Part shown: positions 49,116-58,033 of the stretch, piece by piece | Numbering within the stretch: position 1 is the first letter of the stretch | Layout of the letters: each line of letters opens with the position of its first letter | Virus record (IMG/VR): IMGVR_UViG_3300008114_000042 | Coordinates: 1 to 64,000 of that record | Source: a virus | Length of the DNA stretch: 64,000 nucleotides | Direction: 5' to 3' (one strand) | Position numbers and translations under genes: made by a program | Notes under the pieces: model-generated | Seen by the model: the letters and a program-made list of their open reading frames with translations, nothing else | The model's database searches: none | What the model was told of the DNA's origin: nothing

Positions 49116-49718
49116 ATGACGCAATTAGCAAAGGGCGAACGCCCCAAAGTAGGAGATAAGTTTGGATGGGTTGAGGTAATAGAAGTAGTCAAGGCGAAGG
49201 ACTACGGATGGAAGGGCGCTTCTGCCTACAAGGTCCGGTGTGACTGCGGGGCGGTTTGGGTAGTGAGGACAAATGCTTTTCGTCCTCGCCCAGAGAGAGG
49301 CCAGAAGAATGGCATAACTGCCTGTAAGGACTGCTCCCCACAAAAACGCGGGGCAGAGATAAGAAAAACAGATGACTCCCCAGCGGGGAGAGATGTTATG
49401 AATGCTTACAGAAGAAGAGCAAAGGAGCGTGGTTATGCCTTTACTCTGACTGCCGAAGAATTTTTCTCTATCATCAAATTGCCCTGCACCTATTGTGGAG
49501 ACTCTCTATCTTGTAAAAGAAGCGCACTAGCAGAATGGAGTCAGGACTTCCGCTACACGGGAATAGACCGAATAAATTCCAGTCTTGGTTATGAAACTGG
49601 AAACGTCCAGCCTTGCTGTCAGTGGTGCAATCGTGCCAAGAGTGATAAGACAGAAGACGAATTCATCAACTGGGTAAAATCTATTGCTGCTTACCTCTTG
49701 ACAACCGAAGGAAGATGA
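49116..49718 (+). CDS. free-standing HNH-like endonuclease
   Basis: CDCG, CTYCG, GIDRINSSLGYETGNVQPCCQWCNRAK; TGCTATAAT at 49101 + 6 nt + ATG. Confidence 0.75.
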   Translation: MTQLAKGERPKVGDKFGWVEVIEVVKAKDYGWKGASAYKVRCDCGAVWVVRTNAFRPRPERGQKNGITACKDCSPQKRGAEIRKTDDSPAGRDVMNAYRRRAKERGYAFTLTAEEFFSIIKLPCTYCGDSLSCKRSALAEWSQDFRYTGIDRINSSLGYETGNVQPCCQWCNRAKSDKTEDEFINWVKSIAAYLLTTEGR

Positions 49719-49726
49719 GGTATAAT
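49698..49726 (+). promoter_or_regulatory. consensus promoter TTGACA-N17-TATAAT, likely leaderless
   Basis: Exact hexamers; ATG at 49733. Confidence 0.8.
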
Positions 49727-49732
49727 AATTTC

Positions 49733-49848
49733 ATGCCTAGATCATCACTATCCCTTCACTCAAGCGAAGCCTATCTCAAGAAGCGTGTCTACCACGACAA
49801 GTGATTTATCGTCAGATGAAGAAGTTTGGAATAAAAGGTGTAAAGTGA
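49733..49848 (+). pseudogene. small HTH-type DNA-binding gene with internal deletion and frameshift
   Basis: MPRSSLSLHSSEAYLKKRVYHDK* then -1 frame QVIYRQMKKFGIKGVK*, whose stop is GTGA-coupled to the next gene. Confidence 0.55.
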
Positions 49849-49967
49849 GGTTTCATCGCCATAGATGGATGCCTTGGGGCAACCCCTTCATAATAGGTGG
49901 AGGGTACTACTATCAGATAATGGAGTGTCAAGCGTGCAAGAGAATGCAAGTAAAGCCAGCAAGATAA
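49845..49967 (+). CDS. 40-aa His/Cys protein
   Basis: HRHRW...ECQAC; coupled at both ends. Confidence 0.45.
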   Translation: MRFHRHRWMPWGNPFIIGGGYYYQIMECQACKRMQVKPAR

Positions 49968-50137
49968 TGCATATAGTTACTGTAGCGTGTCTAGAGTATC
50001 AGTGGATACGAGCGTTCGGTCCTTTCGACAGTACCGACGATGCGTGGGACTGGCTCAACACCACAGAGTACGTCAAGGGGGATGGTTTCAGAAACCTTAT
50101 CATGGAGGTAGAGGGCCCAGCAGATGCCCTACTCTGA
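49967..50137 (+). CDS. hypothetical protein
   Basis: TAATG coupled; FGPFDSTDDAWDW. Confidence 0.5.
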   Translation: MHIVTVACLEYQWIRAFGPFDSTDDAWDWLNTTEYVKGDGFRNLIMEVEGPADALL

Positions 50138-50399
50138 GGCCCCAGCAGGGGTAGAGATTGCCAAGGTGTGTGATGACCTGAAAGAATTGCTGATTGCGAA
50201 AAATATTGCCTATGGGAATTCGTTTGCCGATCCTATCAATATATTTTCAAAAACTACTCCTGTAGAGCAGTTGTGTGTAAGAATTGACGACAAACTAAAC
50301 AGAATTCTCAAAGGTAGAGAATACCCCGGCGACGACACAATCACAGACCTCATAGGGTATTTAGTCCTATATAAGATATTAGTCAAGAATATCGAATAA
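50124..50399 (+). CDS. nucleotide-modification-associated domain protein (DUF1599/Nmad1-like)
   Basis: KNIAYGNS...VRIDDKLNRI...DTITDLIGY. Confidence 0.65.
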   Translation: MPYSEAPAGVEIAKVCDDLKELLIAKNIAYGNSFADPINIFSKTTPVEQLCVRIDDKLNRILKGREYPGDDTITDLIGYLVLYKILVKNIE

Positions 50400-50498
50400 C
50401 TTTTGCGGTTGGGGCCTTCTCTGATATTCCGGGGGTATAAAATTGCTCTTGACAATCCCGGTAGAAACTGGTAGAATAGGACTACCTACTAGCAAGGA

Positions 50499-50849
50499 GT
50501 GAATGTGGCACCCAAAAAGCCGAAGAATACTAAGACTAAGCGTGCTGTCTACACAGGACCACGGCAGTCATCAGAGGTATTCCTTTTCCTAGACAAGTTT
50601 ATCTATTCGGATAGTTTCACTATGCCGAACGGGAAGACAGTCACCAAGGGAGACATTATCAAGATCACCGGGGTATGGGGGACGCAGTTCAAGTTCGTCC
50701 AGCATACCATCAATAAGCACACCGGAGCAGAGTGGTTCGACTGTGTTGAGTTGCATCGAAACCAAGTAGCGCAGACACGCAGTTTCAGGACTGACCGTAT
50801 CAAGTTGATGCCGAAGAAGCGTGGCCCTCGCAAGAAGAAGGTTGCGTGA
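50499..50849 (+). CDS. basic hypothetical protein
   Basis: Promoter TTGACA..TAGAAT and AAGGAG upstream. Confidence 0.65.
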   Translation: MNVAPKKPKNTKTKRAVYTGPRQSSEVFLFLDKFIYSDSFTMPNGKTVTKGDIIKITGVWGTQFKFVQHTINKHTGAEWFDCVELHRNQVAQTRSFRTDRIKLMPKKRGPRKKKVA

Positions 50850-51274
50850 CAAAACTAAGTCTGGAATACGCTGCTGGGTTTTTCGACGGAGAGGGGTGTA
50901 TCTCTATTTCAAAAACAAAAGGCTCAAAGTCTCGTGGAGAATACAAGAGAGATGCTTTTGTTTTGAGTGTGAGGGTCACCCAAACATCGTTCCCGGTCAT
51001 TTATTCTTTTCAGGAAACATTCGGCGGGAGTGTGTATGAGAGGGACTACTCTCGTGGCGCTCCGTATGCTGAATGGGTTGCTACTCACCAAAAGGCCGTG
51101 CCGTTTTTAGAGCAGATGCTTCCTTTGCTCGTAGTAAAAAAAGAGCAGGCTTCGCTTGCCCTTGACTTCCAGAATAATAAGCAGAGAAACAAGACAGACG
51201 AGATGTGGGAGAAAGAGCACCAAGCATATTTGTCTATGAAAATACTTAATACCAGAGGAAGAAGTCTGGTATAA
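50846..51274 (+). CDS. free-standing single-motif LAGLIDADG homing endonuclease
   Basis: EYAAGFFDGEGCISI, FGGSV, LPLLVVKKEQA. Confidence 0.85.
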   Translation: MTKLSLEYAAGFFDGEGCISISKTKGSKSRGEYKRDAFVLSVRVTQTSFPVIYSFQETFGGSVYERDYSRGAPYAEWVATHQKAVPFLEQMLPLLVVKKEQASLALDFQNNKQRNKTDEMWEKEHQAYLSMKILNTRGRSLV

Positions 51275-51302
51275 TAGAGTGTTGTCGCTACAAGGAGACA
51301 AG

Positions 51303-51836
51303 ATGACAAACCGAAACCTTGTAGGCATAACACTGGCGGTAGCCCTAGCGACTACCGCTCTTGTTTTTCCTACATCGGCTTATGCTAAGTCGAATGAAAC
51401 TGAAATAGCGAAAATGGGCATACCGCCTGAAACGGCGGCAGCCGTAAATAACTCAATAGTAGATAGAGAGTGGGCTATCCAACGCCCATCTCGTGGTGGA
51501 GTCGGATACTATGATGACTCCAACGTTCCCGCCGTATGGGCAGGAGTACCGGACAGAGTGAGAAGCATATGGAGATGTATTCGCTTTCACGAGAGCCGTC
51601 ACTCCGGTCATTATACGGCAGAAAATCCCGTTTCGACAGCCAGCGGCGCAGGCCAATGGTTGAACGGAACTTGGGATGGTCTAAAGAAATGGGTGAAGGT
51701 AGACGGAGAATTCGTCGCTCGCCAATACGATGAGGCCAAGGACGCACCAGCATGGGTCCAAGACGCTGCATTCGTCCATGTATACAATCATGGTGGATTG
51801 CGCATGTGGAGAGGAACGTGGTGCCCCGGCACCTAA
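51303..51836 (+). CDS. secreted lysozyme-like transglycosylase (Rpf-like domain)
   Basis: Signal peptide ending AYA; CIRFHES, NPVSTASGAGQW..GTW, APAWVQD, GLRMW. Confidence 0.7.
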   Translation: MTNRNLVGITLAVALATTALVFPTSAYAKSNETEIAKMGIPPETAAAVNNSIVDREWAIQRPSRGGVGYYDDSNVPAVWAGVPDRVRSIWRCIRFHESRHSGHYTAENPVSTASGAGQWLNGTWDGLKKWVKVDGEFVARQYDEAKDAPAWVQDAAFVHVYNHGGLRMWRGTWCPGT

Positions 51837-51845
51837 TACATTAAA

Positions 51846-51911
51846 ATACCACGGCAGGGTAGAGAGACCCAAATTCAATTGCGACAACACCTCTCTACCC
51901 TGTTCGTGGTA
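51846..51911 (+). repeat. long inverted repeat overlapping a TGGTATAAT promoter
   Basis: ATACCACG-GCAGGGTAGAGAG / CTCTCTACCCTGT-T-CGTGGTAT. Confidence 0.7.
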
Positions 51912-51939
51912 TAATTGTATCCTCAACAAAGGAGTAGAT

Positions 51940-52467
51940 ATGCCGGTAGACCTAGTAGCGCACCTTGATGAAGTGAACAAGGTTGCGGAAGAATACATCA
52001 AGGGAAATGATGAGACTGCCATTTCCAAGAACCTTGCTATCCCTCGCCAGCGTGTAGTCAACATGCTCAACGAGTGGCGGGATATGGTGTCCAGCAACGA
52101 GGCCATTCGCATCAGAGCGAAGGAGGCACTCGCAGGAGCAGACAAGCACTTCTCCGTGCTCATCCAAAAGGCATACGAAGTCATCGATGAGGCCACGATG
52201 AACGGGAACCTAGGCGCAAAAACTAATGCTATTAAACTTGTGATGGATATAGAGAAGACCCGCATCGAACAACTACAGAAGGCCGGTCTGCTAGAGAACA
52301 AGGAACTCGCAGACGAACTCATTGAGACAGAGCGCAAGCAGGAAGTGCTGGTAGGCATCCTCCGAGATGTCTCTGGTGAATGCCCCAAGTGCAGAAGCGA
52401 GGTTGCACGCCGACTGGCAAATGTCGCAGGACCGACAGAGGTGATTACAGTTGACATCATCACTTGA
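51940..52467 (+). CDS. HTH protein, probable terminase small subunit
   Basis: N-terminal HTH-like segment, coiled coil, CPKC; overlaps the large terminase start. Confidence 0.6.
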   Translation: MPVDLVAHLDEVNKVAEEYIKGNDETAISKNLAIPRQRVVNMLNEWRDMVSSNEAIRIRAKEALAGADKHFSVLIQKAYEVIDEATMNGNLGAKTNAIKLVMDIEKTRIEQLQKAGLLENKELADELIETERKQEVLVGILRDVSGECPKCRSEVARRLANVAGPTEVITVDIIT

Positions 52468-54250
52468 TCTATCATCATTCCTCTCTATTCTTGATGACGA
52501 CCCCTTCGATGAGTACCCGGTAGACCTAGACACCTTCGTTCATGGTGAGCACTTCCTCAACCAGCCGGGGCTGTCAGACATTCAGCGAGACATCGTAGAG
52601 GCCATGAGCCAGATATTCAAGGAGGAAGACCTTCGCAGGTTTATGACTTATGAAGAGGCGGCACGGCATCACAAGAAGTATACGAAGAATGAGGTCATCC
52701 TCCAACTAGGCAAGGGTAGTGGCAAGGACTACACATCGACCGTAGGCGTGGCCTACACCGTCTACAAGTTGCTCTGCCTCAAAGACCCCGCACGCTATTT
52801 CGGCAAGCCCTCTGGTGATGCTATCGACCTCATCAACATCGCAGTCAACGCTGTGCAGGCGAAGAACGTATTCTTCAAGGGGCTCAAGTCCAAGATCGAA
52901 CGCTCTCCGTGGTTCGAAGGGAAGTATGAAGCGAAGATGGACAGCATCGAATTCGACAAGTCGATCACCGTATACTCCGGTCACTCCGAGAGAGAATCCC
53001 ACGAGGGACTCAACCTTATCCTCGCTGTCCTTGACGAGATTTCTGGCTTTGCCATGGAGTCAGCATCAGGCAACGAGAATGCTAAGACGGGTGATGCTAT
53101 CTACAAGGCATTCCGTGGTTCGGTAGATTCACGATTCCCTGACTATGGAAAGGTTCTACTCCTATCTTTCCCTAGATTCAAGGGAGACTTTATTTCGAAA
53201 CGGTATGAGGAAGTCATCCTTGAGAAAGAGACACTAGTAAGGAAGCACACCTTCATCCTCAACCCTGATCTACCGGAAGACAGCGAGGGTAATAAGTTTA
53301 CTATTGAATGGGACGAGGATCATATCGTCCACTATGTCATCCCCGGCATCTTCGCACTCAAGCGACCAACGTGGGAGGTCAACCCTACTCGTGGGATAGA
53401 GGACTTTAAACTTGCCTTCTACACAGACCCCGGTGATGCCCTGATGCGTTTCGCCTGTATGCCTAACTTCTCTACCGATGCCTTCTTTAAGAACAGGGAT
53501 ATGCTCTGGAAGGCAGCGTCCATTCGCAACCCCATCGACACCTACAAGAGACTGGAAGAGAACTTCGTACCGAAGGAGGGAGTACGCTACTACCTCCATG
53601 CCGACCTCGCACAGGTCCACGACAAGTGTGCTATTGCTATCTCTCACGTAGAGAAGTTCGTTGAGATAAAGTCATTCAACGACTACCATCAGATCGTTCC
53701 CGTCGTTGTGTGTGATGCTGTCGTGTGGTGGGAGCCACGCAAGGAAGGGCCGGTAGACCTAAGTGAGGTCAAGAACTGGATAGTAAGTTTCAAGAGAGCA
53801 GGCTTTGACATAGGCATGGTGACCTTTGACCGCTGGCAGTCAGTAGACATTCAGAAGGAACTACAGTCGGTAGGGATCAAGACAGGGGTACTCTCTGTGG
53901 CAAAGAAGCACTACGAGGACCTTGCCATGCTCTTCTATGAAGAGCGTATTGTCATGCCCTACATCGAACTGCTCTTGGAGGAACTGGCTGAGTTGCGCAT
54001 CGTCAGCGACAAGAAGGTAGACCATCCTCGCAAGAAGAGCAAGGACCTTGCCGACGCACTCACCGGCTCTGTCTACAACGCAGTAGCCTACACCCCTCGT
54101 CACAACGATCAGTTGGTAGAGGCTCACACCTTTAGCAGCGCTGCACGAGCACGGGCACGGGAGGAAAGAGAGAATACAGAAGGCATCATCATGCCACCCA
54201 AGCGTGACCCCGAAATAGAATACTACTTGGCAAAGGTGGGAGTATTGTGA
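52451..54250 (+). CDS. terL: terminase large subunit
   Basis: GKGSGKD Walker A, AVLDE Walker B, HADLA, FDRWQS, DHP...SKDLADA. Confidence 0.9.
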   Translation: MTSSLDLSSFLSILDDDPFDEYPVDLDTFVHGEHFLNQPGLSDIQRDIVEAMSQIFKEEDLRRFMTYEEAARHHKKYTKNEVILQLGKGSGKDYTSTVGVAYTVYKLLCLKDPARYFGKPSGDAIDLINIAVNAVQAKNVFFKGLKSKIERSPWFEGKYEAKMDSIEFDKSITVYSGHSERESHEGLNLILAVLDEISGFAMESASGNENAKTGDAIYKAFRGSVDSRFPDYGKVLLLSFPRFKGDFISKRYEEVILEKETLVRKHTFILNPDLPEDSEGNKFTIEWDEDHIVHYVIPGIFALKRPTWEVNPTRGIEDFKLAFYTDPGDALMRFACMPNFSTDAFFKNRDMLWKAASIRNPIDTYKRLEENFVPKEGVRYYLHADLAQVHDKCAIAISHVEKFVEIKSFNDYHQIVPVVVCDAVVWWEPRKEGPVDLSEVKNWIVSFKRAGFDIGMVTFDRWQSVDIQKELQSVGIKTGVLSVAKKHYEDLAMLFYEERIVMPYIELLLEELAELRIVSDKKVDHPRKKSKDLADALTGSVYNAVAYTPRHNDQLVEAHTFSSAARARAREERENTEGIIMPPKRDPEIEYYLAKVGVL

Positions 54251-54471
54251 ACCCAGATGCGCACCTCAACATCCCCGCCGAAGGCGTGGTCATTACCGTA
54301 GAGCGGGATGCCTCAGGGAACTATATTGGCAAACTTTGGATAGACGGAGAGCGCAAGGCGTTTGCCACAGAGCGACGACCGGGATGCGCTGCCCGTACCA
54401 TGATGCTAGCAATGCAGGGTACATGGGGACCTCCAAGCGATACCATGTACCTTACTGTTGACGGGTGGTAG
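54247..54471 (+). CDS. hypothetical protein
   Basis: GTGA coupled ORF. Confidence 0.5.
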   Translation: MNPDAHLNIPAEGVVITVERDASGNYIGKLWIDGERKAFATERRPGCAARTMMLAMQGTWGPPSDTMYLTVDGW

Positions 54472-54472
54472 T

Positions 54473-54799
54473 ATGGACTCCGAATACGTTGAGTACCTTG
54501 AGTCTATCGGTGCTATTGAAAAAACCGGGGTAGACGAAAACGGAGAGCCAGTATGGAGAGTGACGAAGGAAGCAAAGGAACTTGTTCCTGACCTTTACAA
54601 CGCTCACCTCAAAGAGTTCAACAACAACGTATTCTCCCTGTGGATGAAGGACTTTATCGACATAGAGTTTGATAAGGAAGGCTCACCCCTCATCGCCCTG
54701 AATGAAATATCATTAGTCTTAGAGGCACACGCCATGCTTGAGCCCTCAGAAGAGCAGGTATTGATGGAGATAATTGAGAATGTTTCCAAACCGGATTGA
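54473..54799 (+). CDS. hypothetical protein
   Basis: YLESIGAIE..GVDENGE; contiguous ORF. Confidence 0.6.
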   Translation: MDSEYVEYLESIGAIEKTGVDENGEPVWRVTKEAKELVPDLYNAHLKEFNNNVFSLWMKDFIDIEFDKEGSPLIALNEISLVLEAHAMLEPSEEQVLMEIIENVSKPD

Positions 54800-54831
54800 C
54801 AATTGCCCACTAACAATGGTATAATAACTTT

Positions 54832-55215
54832 GTGTTATCCATACTATGGGTAGTCTTGCTGGTTTCGGCATCTCTAGCAGTCTGCATCAAGATCATCAAA
54901 CATCTTGATAGGACCGCTACCGCCACCGAAGCAATAGCCGTGTGCGCCATAGAGGTTTCACAGGAGTTGCTGGAAGTCATAGCGGAGGCAGAGGATGAAG
55001 AAATGGAAGAGCAGCCAAAAAAGTTCGTCGTAGCCTTTGTGGATGGAAAGGCATACTGGGTAGAAGACAACGAGTTTCTGGAAGCAGAGATAGACGAGGA
55101 CGGAGACCCAGTACGAAGCACAGCACATCCGGTAGACGCAATAAACATGCCATTCAAGGACGTGACGAAACTACTCTACGTCCTTGATAACTTAAAAGAT
55201 AAGGAAAAGCAATGA
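54832..55215 (+). CDS. membrane-anchored acidic protein
   Basis: N-terminal hydrophobic helix; TTGACA...TGGTATAAT + 6 nt + GTG. Confidence 0.65.
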   Translation: MLSILWVVLLVSASLAVCIKIIKHLDRTATATEAIAVCAIEVSQELLEVIAEAEDEEMEEQPKKFVVAFVDGKAYWVEDNEFLEAEIDEDGDPVRSTAHPVDAINMPFKDVTKLLYVLDNLKDKEKQ

Positions 55216-55559
55216 AGGTATTGGTATTCGGGAGTAAGTCCTTCGATGACTACCCCGTCTTCACACGCGCTATGAGCGTTGCCCTGTCGTCCTGTGACGA
55301 TGGGCGCTTCTTTGTGCATACGGCTGGCCCTGCACGCATCAACTCTTACACAGCAGAGTTTATGAATGTAACGGAAAATGGACTGCGAGGGAGAGGCATC
55401 AAGCCGTTCTTCCAGAAGGTTCCCTACCCCAAGGACCCGCTCACCCTTGCCGACTATGACTTTGTAGCCTACCTGTCTAAGCCAGTAGAGCGGAAGTTGC
55501 CCTCTGTCCTAGAAGCGGCTGAAAGAAAAGACATAGACTTTGCTGTCTTTCGTTATTAA
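55212..55559 (+). CDS. hypothetical protein, SLOG/DUF2493-like N-terminus
   Basis: MKVLVFGSKSFDDY resembles the N-terminus of ORF 62901. Confidence 0.5.
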   Translation: MKVLVFGSKSFDDYPVFTRAMSVALSSCDDGRFFVHTAGPARINSYTAEFMNVTENGLRGRGIKPFFQKVPYPKDPLTLADYDFVAYLSKPVERKLPSVLEAAERKDIDFAVFRY

Positions 55560-55598
55560 CCCCTTGACAAACCCCATCGTTTAGGGTAGAATAGCACT

Positions 55599-55982
55599 AT
55601 GAAACTTTCCAACCAGTCCCGTGCCCATTTGGCGACTGCCCGTTTCCTCGCATCAAAGTCAGAAGCGAAGAAGACTCACGGAGCAGTAGTAGTCAAGGGA
55701 GGCAGGGTGGTCGGAGTTGGATGGAATAAGAATAGAAATGATCCTCAGGCAATGAGCGAAGAGCATATCAAGACTGATGCTTCGTATCATGCCGAGGAAG
55801 TAGCACTACGCGAAGCAGGCGACAATGCCCGTGGAGCCATACTCTATGTTGCCCGTGTGAATAAGCAGGGGGAAGATAGAGACAGTAAGCCTTGTTTCCT
55901 TTGCAGCACTCTAATGGTGAGTGCGGGGATAAAGAAGGTTATCTACACCACAGAAGGAGTAGTAGAAGATGTTTATTACTAG
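55599..55982 (+). CDS. cytidine/dCMP deaminase-family protein
   Basis: HGAVVV..G..VG.GWN, HAE, PCFLC. Confidence 0.85.
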   Translation: MKLSNQSRAHLATARFLASKSEAKKTHGAVVVKGGRVVGVGWNKNRNDPQAMSEEHIKTDASYHAEEVALREAGDNARGAILYVARVNKQGEDRDSKPCFLCSTLMVSAGIKKVIYTTEGVVEDVYY

Positions 55983-56178
55983 TCTAGAAGAGATGGAGAG
56001 CATCGTTGCCAACTCCAAGCGCCTCGCTTGGGATGGATGGGATGTTATCCACGCTACGCCTAAGGCAAACGCCATGCTCACGCCTACGGGAAGGTTTATT
56101 CGTGGCGCGTGGAACGCAGTCACCACTTTCCCTCTGACTGAGCAAGGATGGAAGATTCCTAAGTCGCTGATGAGGTAA
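55969..56178 (+). CDS. hypothetical protein
   Basis: AAGGAG RBS; LAWDGWDV. Confidence 0.6.
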   Translation: MFITSLEEMESIVANSKRLAWDGWDVIHATPKANAMLTPTGRFIRGAWNAVTTFPLTEQGWKIPKSLMR

Positions 56179-56183
56179 TCCTT

Positions 56184-56483
56184 ATGAGCAACTCATGGAA
56201 GTTAGATGGAAAGTGTCTAAACTTTGACACAAACCTGTTCTTCGAAACCTACGAGGAAGACAAACTCATAGCAAAGCAGATAGATAAACTCTGTGTCGGA
56301 TGCCCGGTTGTGAAAACCTGCTACAAGCATGGTGTTTCCAACAAAGAGTACGGCGTCTGGGGCGGGGTATATTTAGATGGTGACGGAGACTGGGACAGAG
56401 AGTTTAATAGCCACAAATCAGAGAGAGACTGGACAGAAATCCGCTTCTCTCTATCAATGGATTGGGAAGAGGAAGTGAAGTAA
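56184..56483 (+). CDS. whiB: WhiB-family transcription factor
   Basis: C...LFF...CVGCPV...C...GVWGG. Confidence 0.88.
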   Translation: MSNSWKLDGKCLNFDTNLFFETYEEDKLIAKQIDKLCVGCPVVKTCYKHGVSNKEYGVWGGVYLDGDGDWDREFNSHKSERDWTEIRFSLSMDWEEEVK

Positions 56484-56484
56484 G

Positions 56485-56766
56485 ATGAGCAAAATGCCTG
56501 TGCAAGAGCGTATCGCCATAATGCGAAATGCCTATCGAAACATCCATAAGCCTGTGCGCTTCACTATGGATGTAGTCTATTTCGATGAGATTGATCCAGC
56601 CGTTATCCTGCTCCGCTTCTACCACGCAGAGTGGGTCAACCTCACAGAAGATGAGAAGATCGAAGCAGCGCTGTATATGGGCAGAGTAAAGGATGTAGTG
56701 GAGCAACACGGCTTCCCCTGCTCCCTTGATCCTGTCATTGATGATATGTCAAGTCAAATCGTATGA
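56485..56766 (+). CDS. hypothetical protein
   Basis: Contiguous 93-aa ORF. Confidence 0.6.
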   Translation: MSKMPVQERIAIMRNAYRNIHKPVRFTMDVVYFDEIDPAVILLRFYHAEWVNLTEDEKIEAALYMGRVKDVVEQHGFPCSLDPVIDDMSSQIV

Positions 56767-56831
56767 TACAATAGATAAGTTGGCGATCCCAACAAATCCA
56801 ATAAAACAATCCCACAAGGAGAAGATTAGTA

Positions 56832-56990
56832 ATGAAGAGTTTTGCAAAGTTGCTTAGTTCACTGTTTGATGATAGTAATACCCACAACACCATCAGCGCC
56901 TTTGAGCGTGATTGGCACAAGTATCGGAGTGAGGCTTTGACCCCTTCACACCGGGCAGAGATAGACGAGATTTTCGCTCGTCACTCTTGA
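56832..56990 (+). CDS. 52-aa protein (..WHKYRSEALTPSHRAEIDEIFAR)
   Basis: AAGGAG RBS, TGATACAAT upstream; hand-translated. Confidence 0.6.
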   Translation: MKSFAKLLSSLFDDSNTHNTISAFERDWHKYRSEALTPSHRAEIDEIFARHS

Positions 56991-57045
56991 CATCCGGGCG
57001 GGGGTAGTGTAGAATAGACTCATACCTACTAAAGAAAGAGCACTT

Positions 57046-57249
57046 ATGCTACCCCCGCCAATCGACACCAGAGATTTCCCCAGCGCCGCCTGTCTTAACT
57101 GCGGAGGCGACCTTTTCATTGCTAAGGTCATCTTTGATGATGACTACAATATCGGTATGTATATGACTGAGGGCGAGTGCGCCTATTGCCATTCGCTCGT
57201 CAGGCTCCCTACCCCACTAGACCACCCCGACTACGAAGAGAGTTACTGA
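57046..57249 (+). CDS. zinc-ribbon protein
   Basis: CLNCG...CAYC; upstream TTGACA..TAGAAT. Confidence 0.65.
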   Translation: MLPPPIDTRDFPSAACLNCGGDLFIAKVIFDDDYNIGMYMTEGECAYCHSLVRLPTPLDHPDYEESY

Positions 57250-57298
57250 TGATTAGCGGAGTCCAGCGATGGGAAGCCGATGAAAGAGGAAACACGCC

Positions 57299-57535
57299 GT
57301 GAAGCACTACGCGAGGTTTAGGTATTGCAACAAGGGAATGTTCACTCTGCGAGTGACCATCTACTCCATCACCGACAACGATGGTTTTACTACTGACAAG
57401 ATAGTCGCTGACCGCATGTTCTTCACCTACACGGGCGGGTACAGATGGGCACGACGCAAGTTGATCCATTATTCCCTAGACAATAATACATCGCTCTTCC
57501 TGCGTGATGGGGACATTCTCTCCCTGCACCCTTGA
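57299..57535 (+). CDS. hypothetical protein
   Basis: GAGGA RBS, GTG start. Confidence 0.5.
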   Translation: MKHYARFRYCNKGMFTLRVTIYSITDNDGFTTDKIVADRMFFTYTGGYRWARRKLIHYSLDNNTSLFLRDGDILSLHP

Positions 57536-57583
57536 CTTCTTTCAGGAAATGTAGTATACTAGAGACATAGAAAAGGAGAACGA

Positions 57584-57754
57584 ATGAATAACGAGCAAGA
57601 GCGTGCGCTATCCGAACTTCGCGCAGCAGCATCAGTAATCCACAAGAACATCGGCGGCAAGGCCGGTACAAGTGGAGAGAAGATTTACGGGCAGGCATAC
57701 AATCGTTGCGTTGCTCTTGGAATCAAGCCCAAACTAAGGAAGAAGTACACCTAA
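57584..57754 (+). CDS. 56-aa basic protein
   Basis: TTGACT..TATACT promoter, AAGGAG RBS; hand-translated. Confidence 0.6.
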   Translation: MNNEQERALSELRAAASVIHKNIGGKAGTSGEKIYGQAYNRCVALGIKPKLRKKYT

Positions 57755-57987
57755 TGACCACCACGCTTGACTGGACATTCGATATCGTCACCCCCGAAAA
57801 GGGAGGCAAGTACCACCTTCGTGGAGACTTCCAAGAGACTTGGTGCGGGAAGTATTACGACCTCACTTGGAATGGTGAATGGAGGCTCATCGGAGCATAC
57901 TCCATTGACTCCATCAAGCGCATGGTAGAGCGCCCTGCGGCTAACAGCATGTGCGTCAAGTGTGCTAAGGTATGGAAGACAACATAG
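57754..57987 (+). CDS. hypothetical His/Cys protein
   Basis: TAATG coupled; H...WCG...CVKC. Confidence 0.55.
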   Translation: MTTTLDWTFDIVTPEKGGKYHLRGDFQETWCGKYYDLTWNGEWRLIGAYSIDSIKRMVERPAANSMCVKCAKVWKTT

Positions 57988-58033
57988 ACTTACCTAATAT
58001 CAGGTAATATCCACAACTACACAAAGGAGTAAT

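Noticed and set aside
41344-54250. Inteins or introns in dnaE, recA and terL
   Set aside because: ORFs are continuous, of ordinary length and show no splicing motifs
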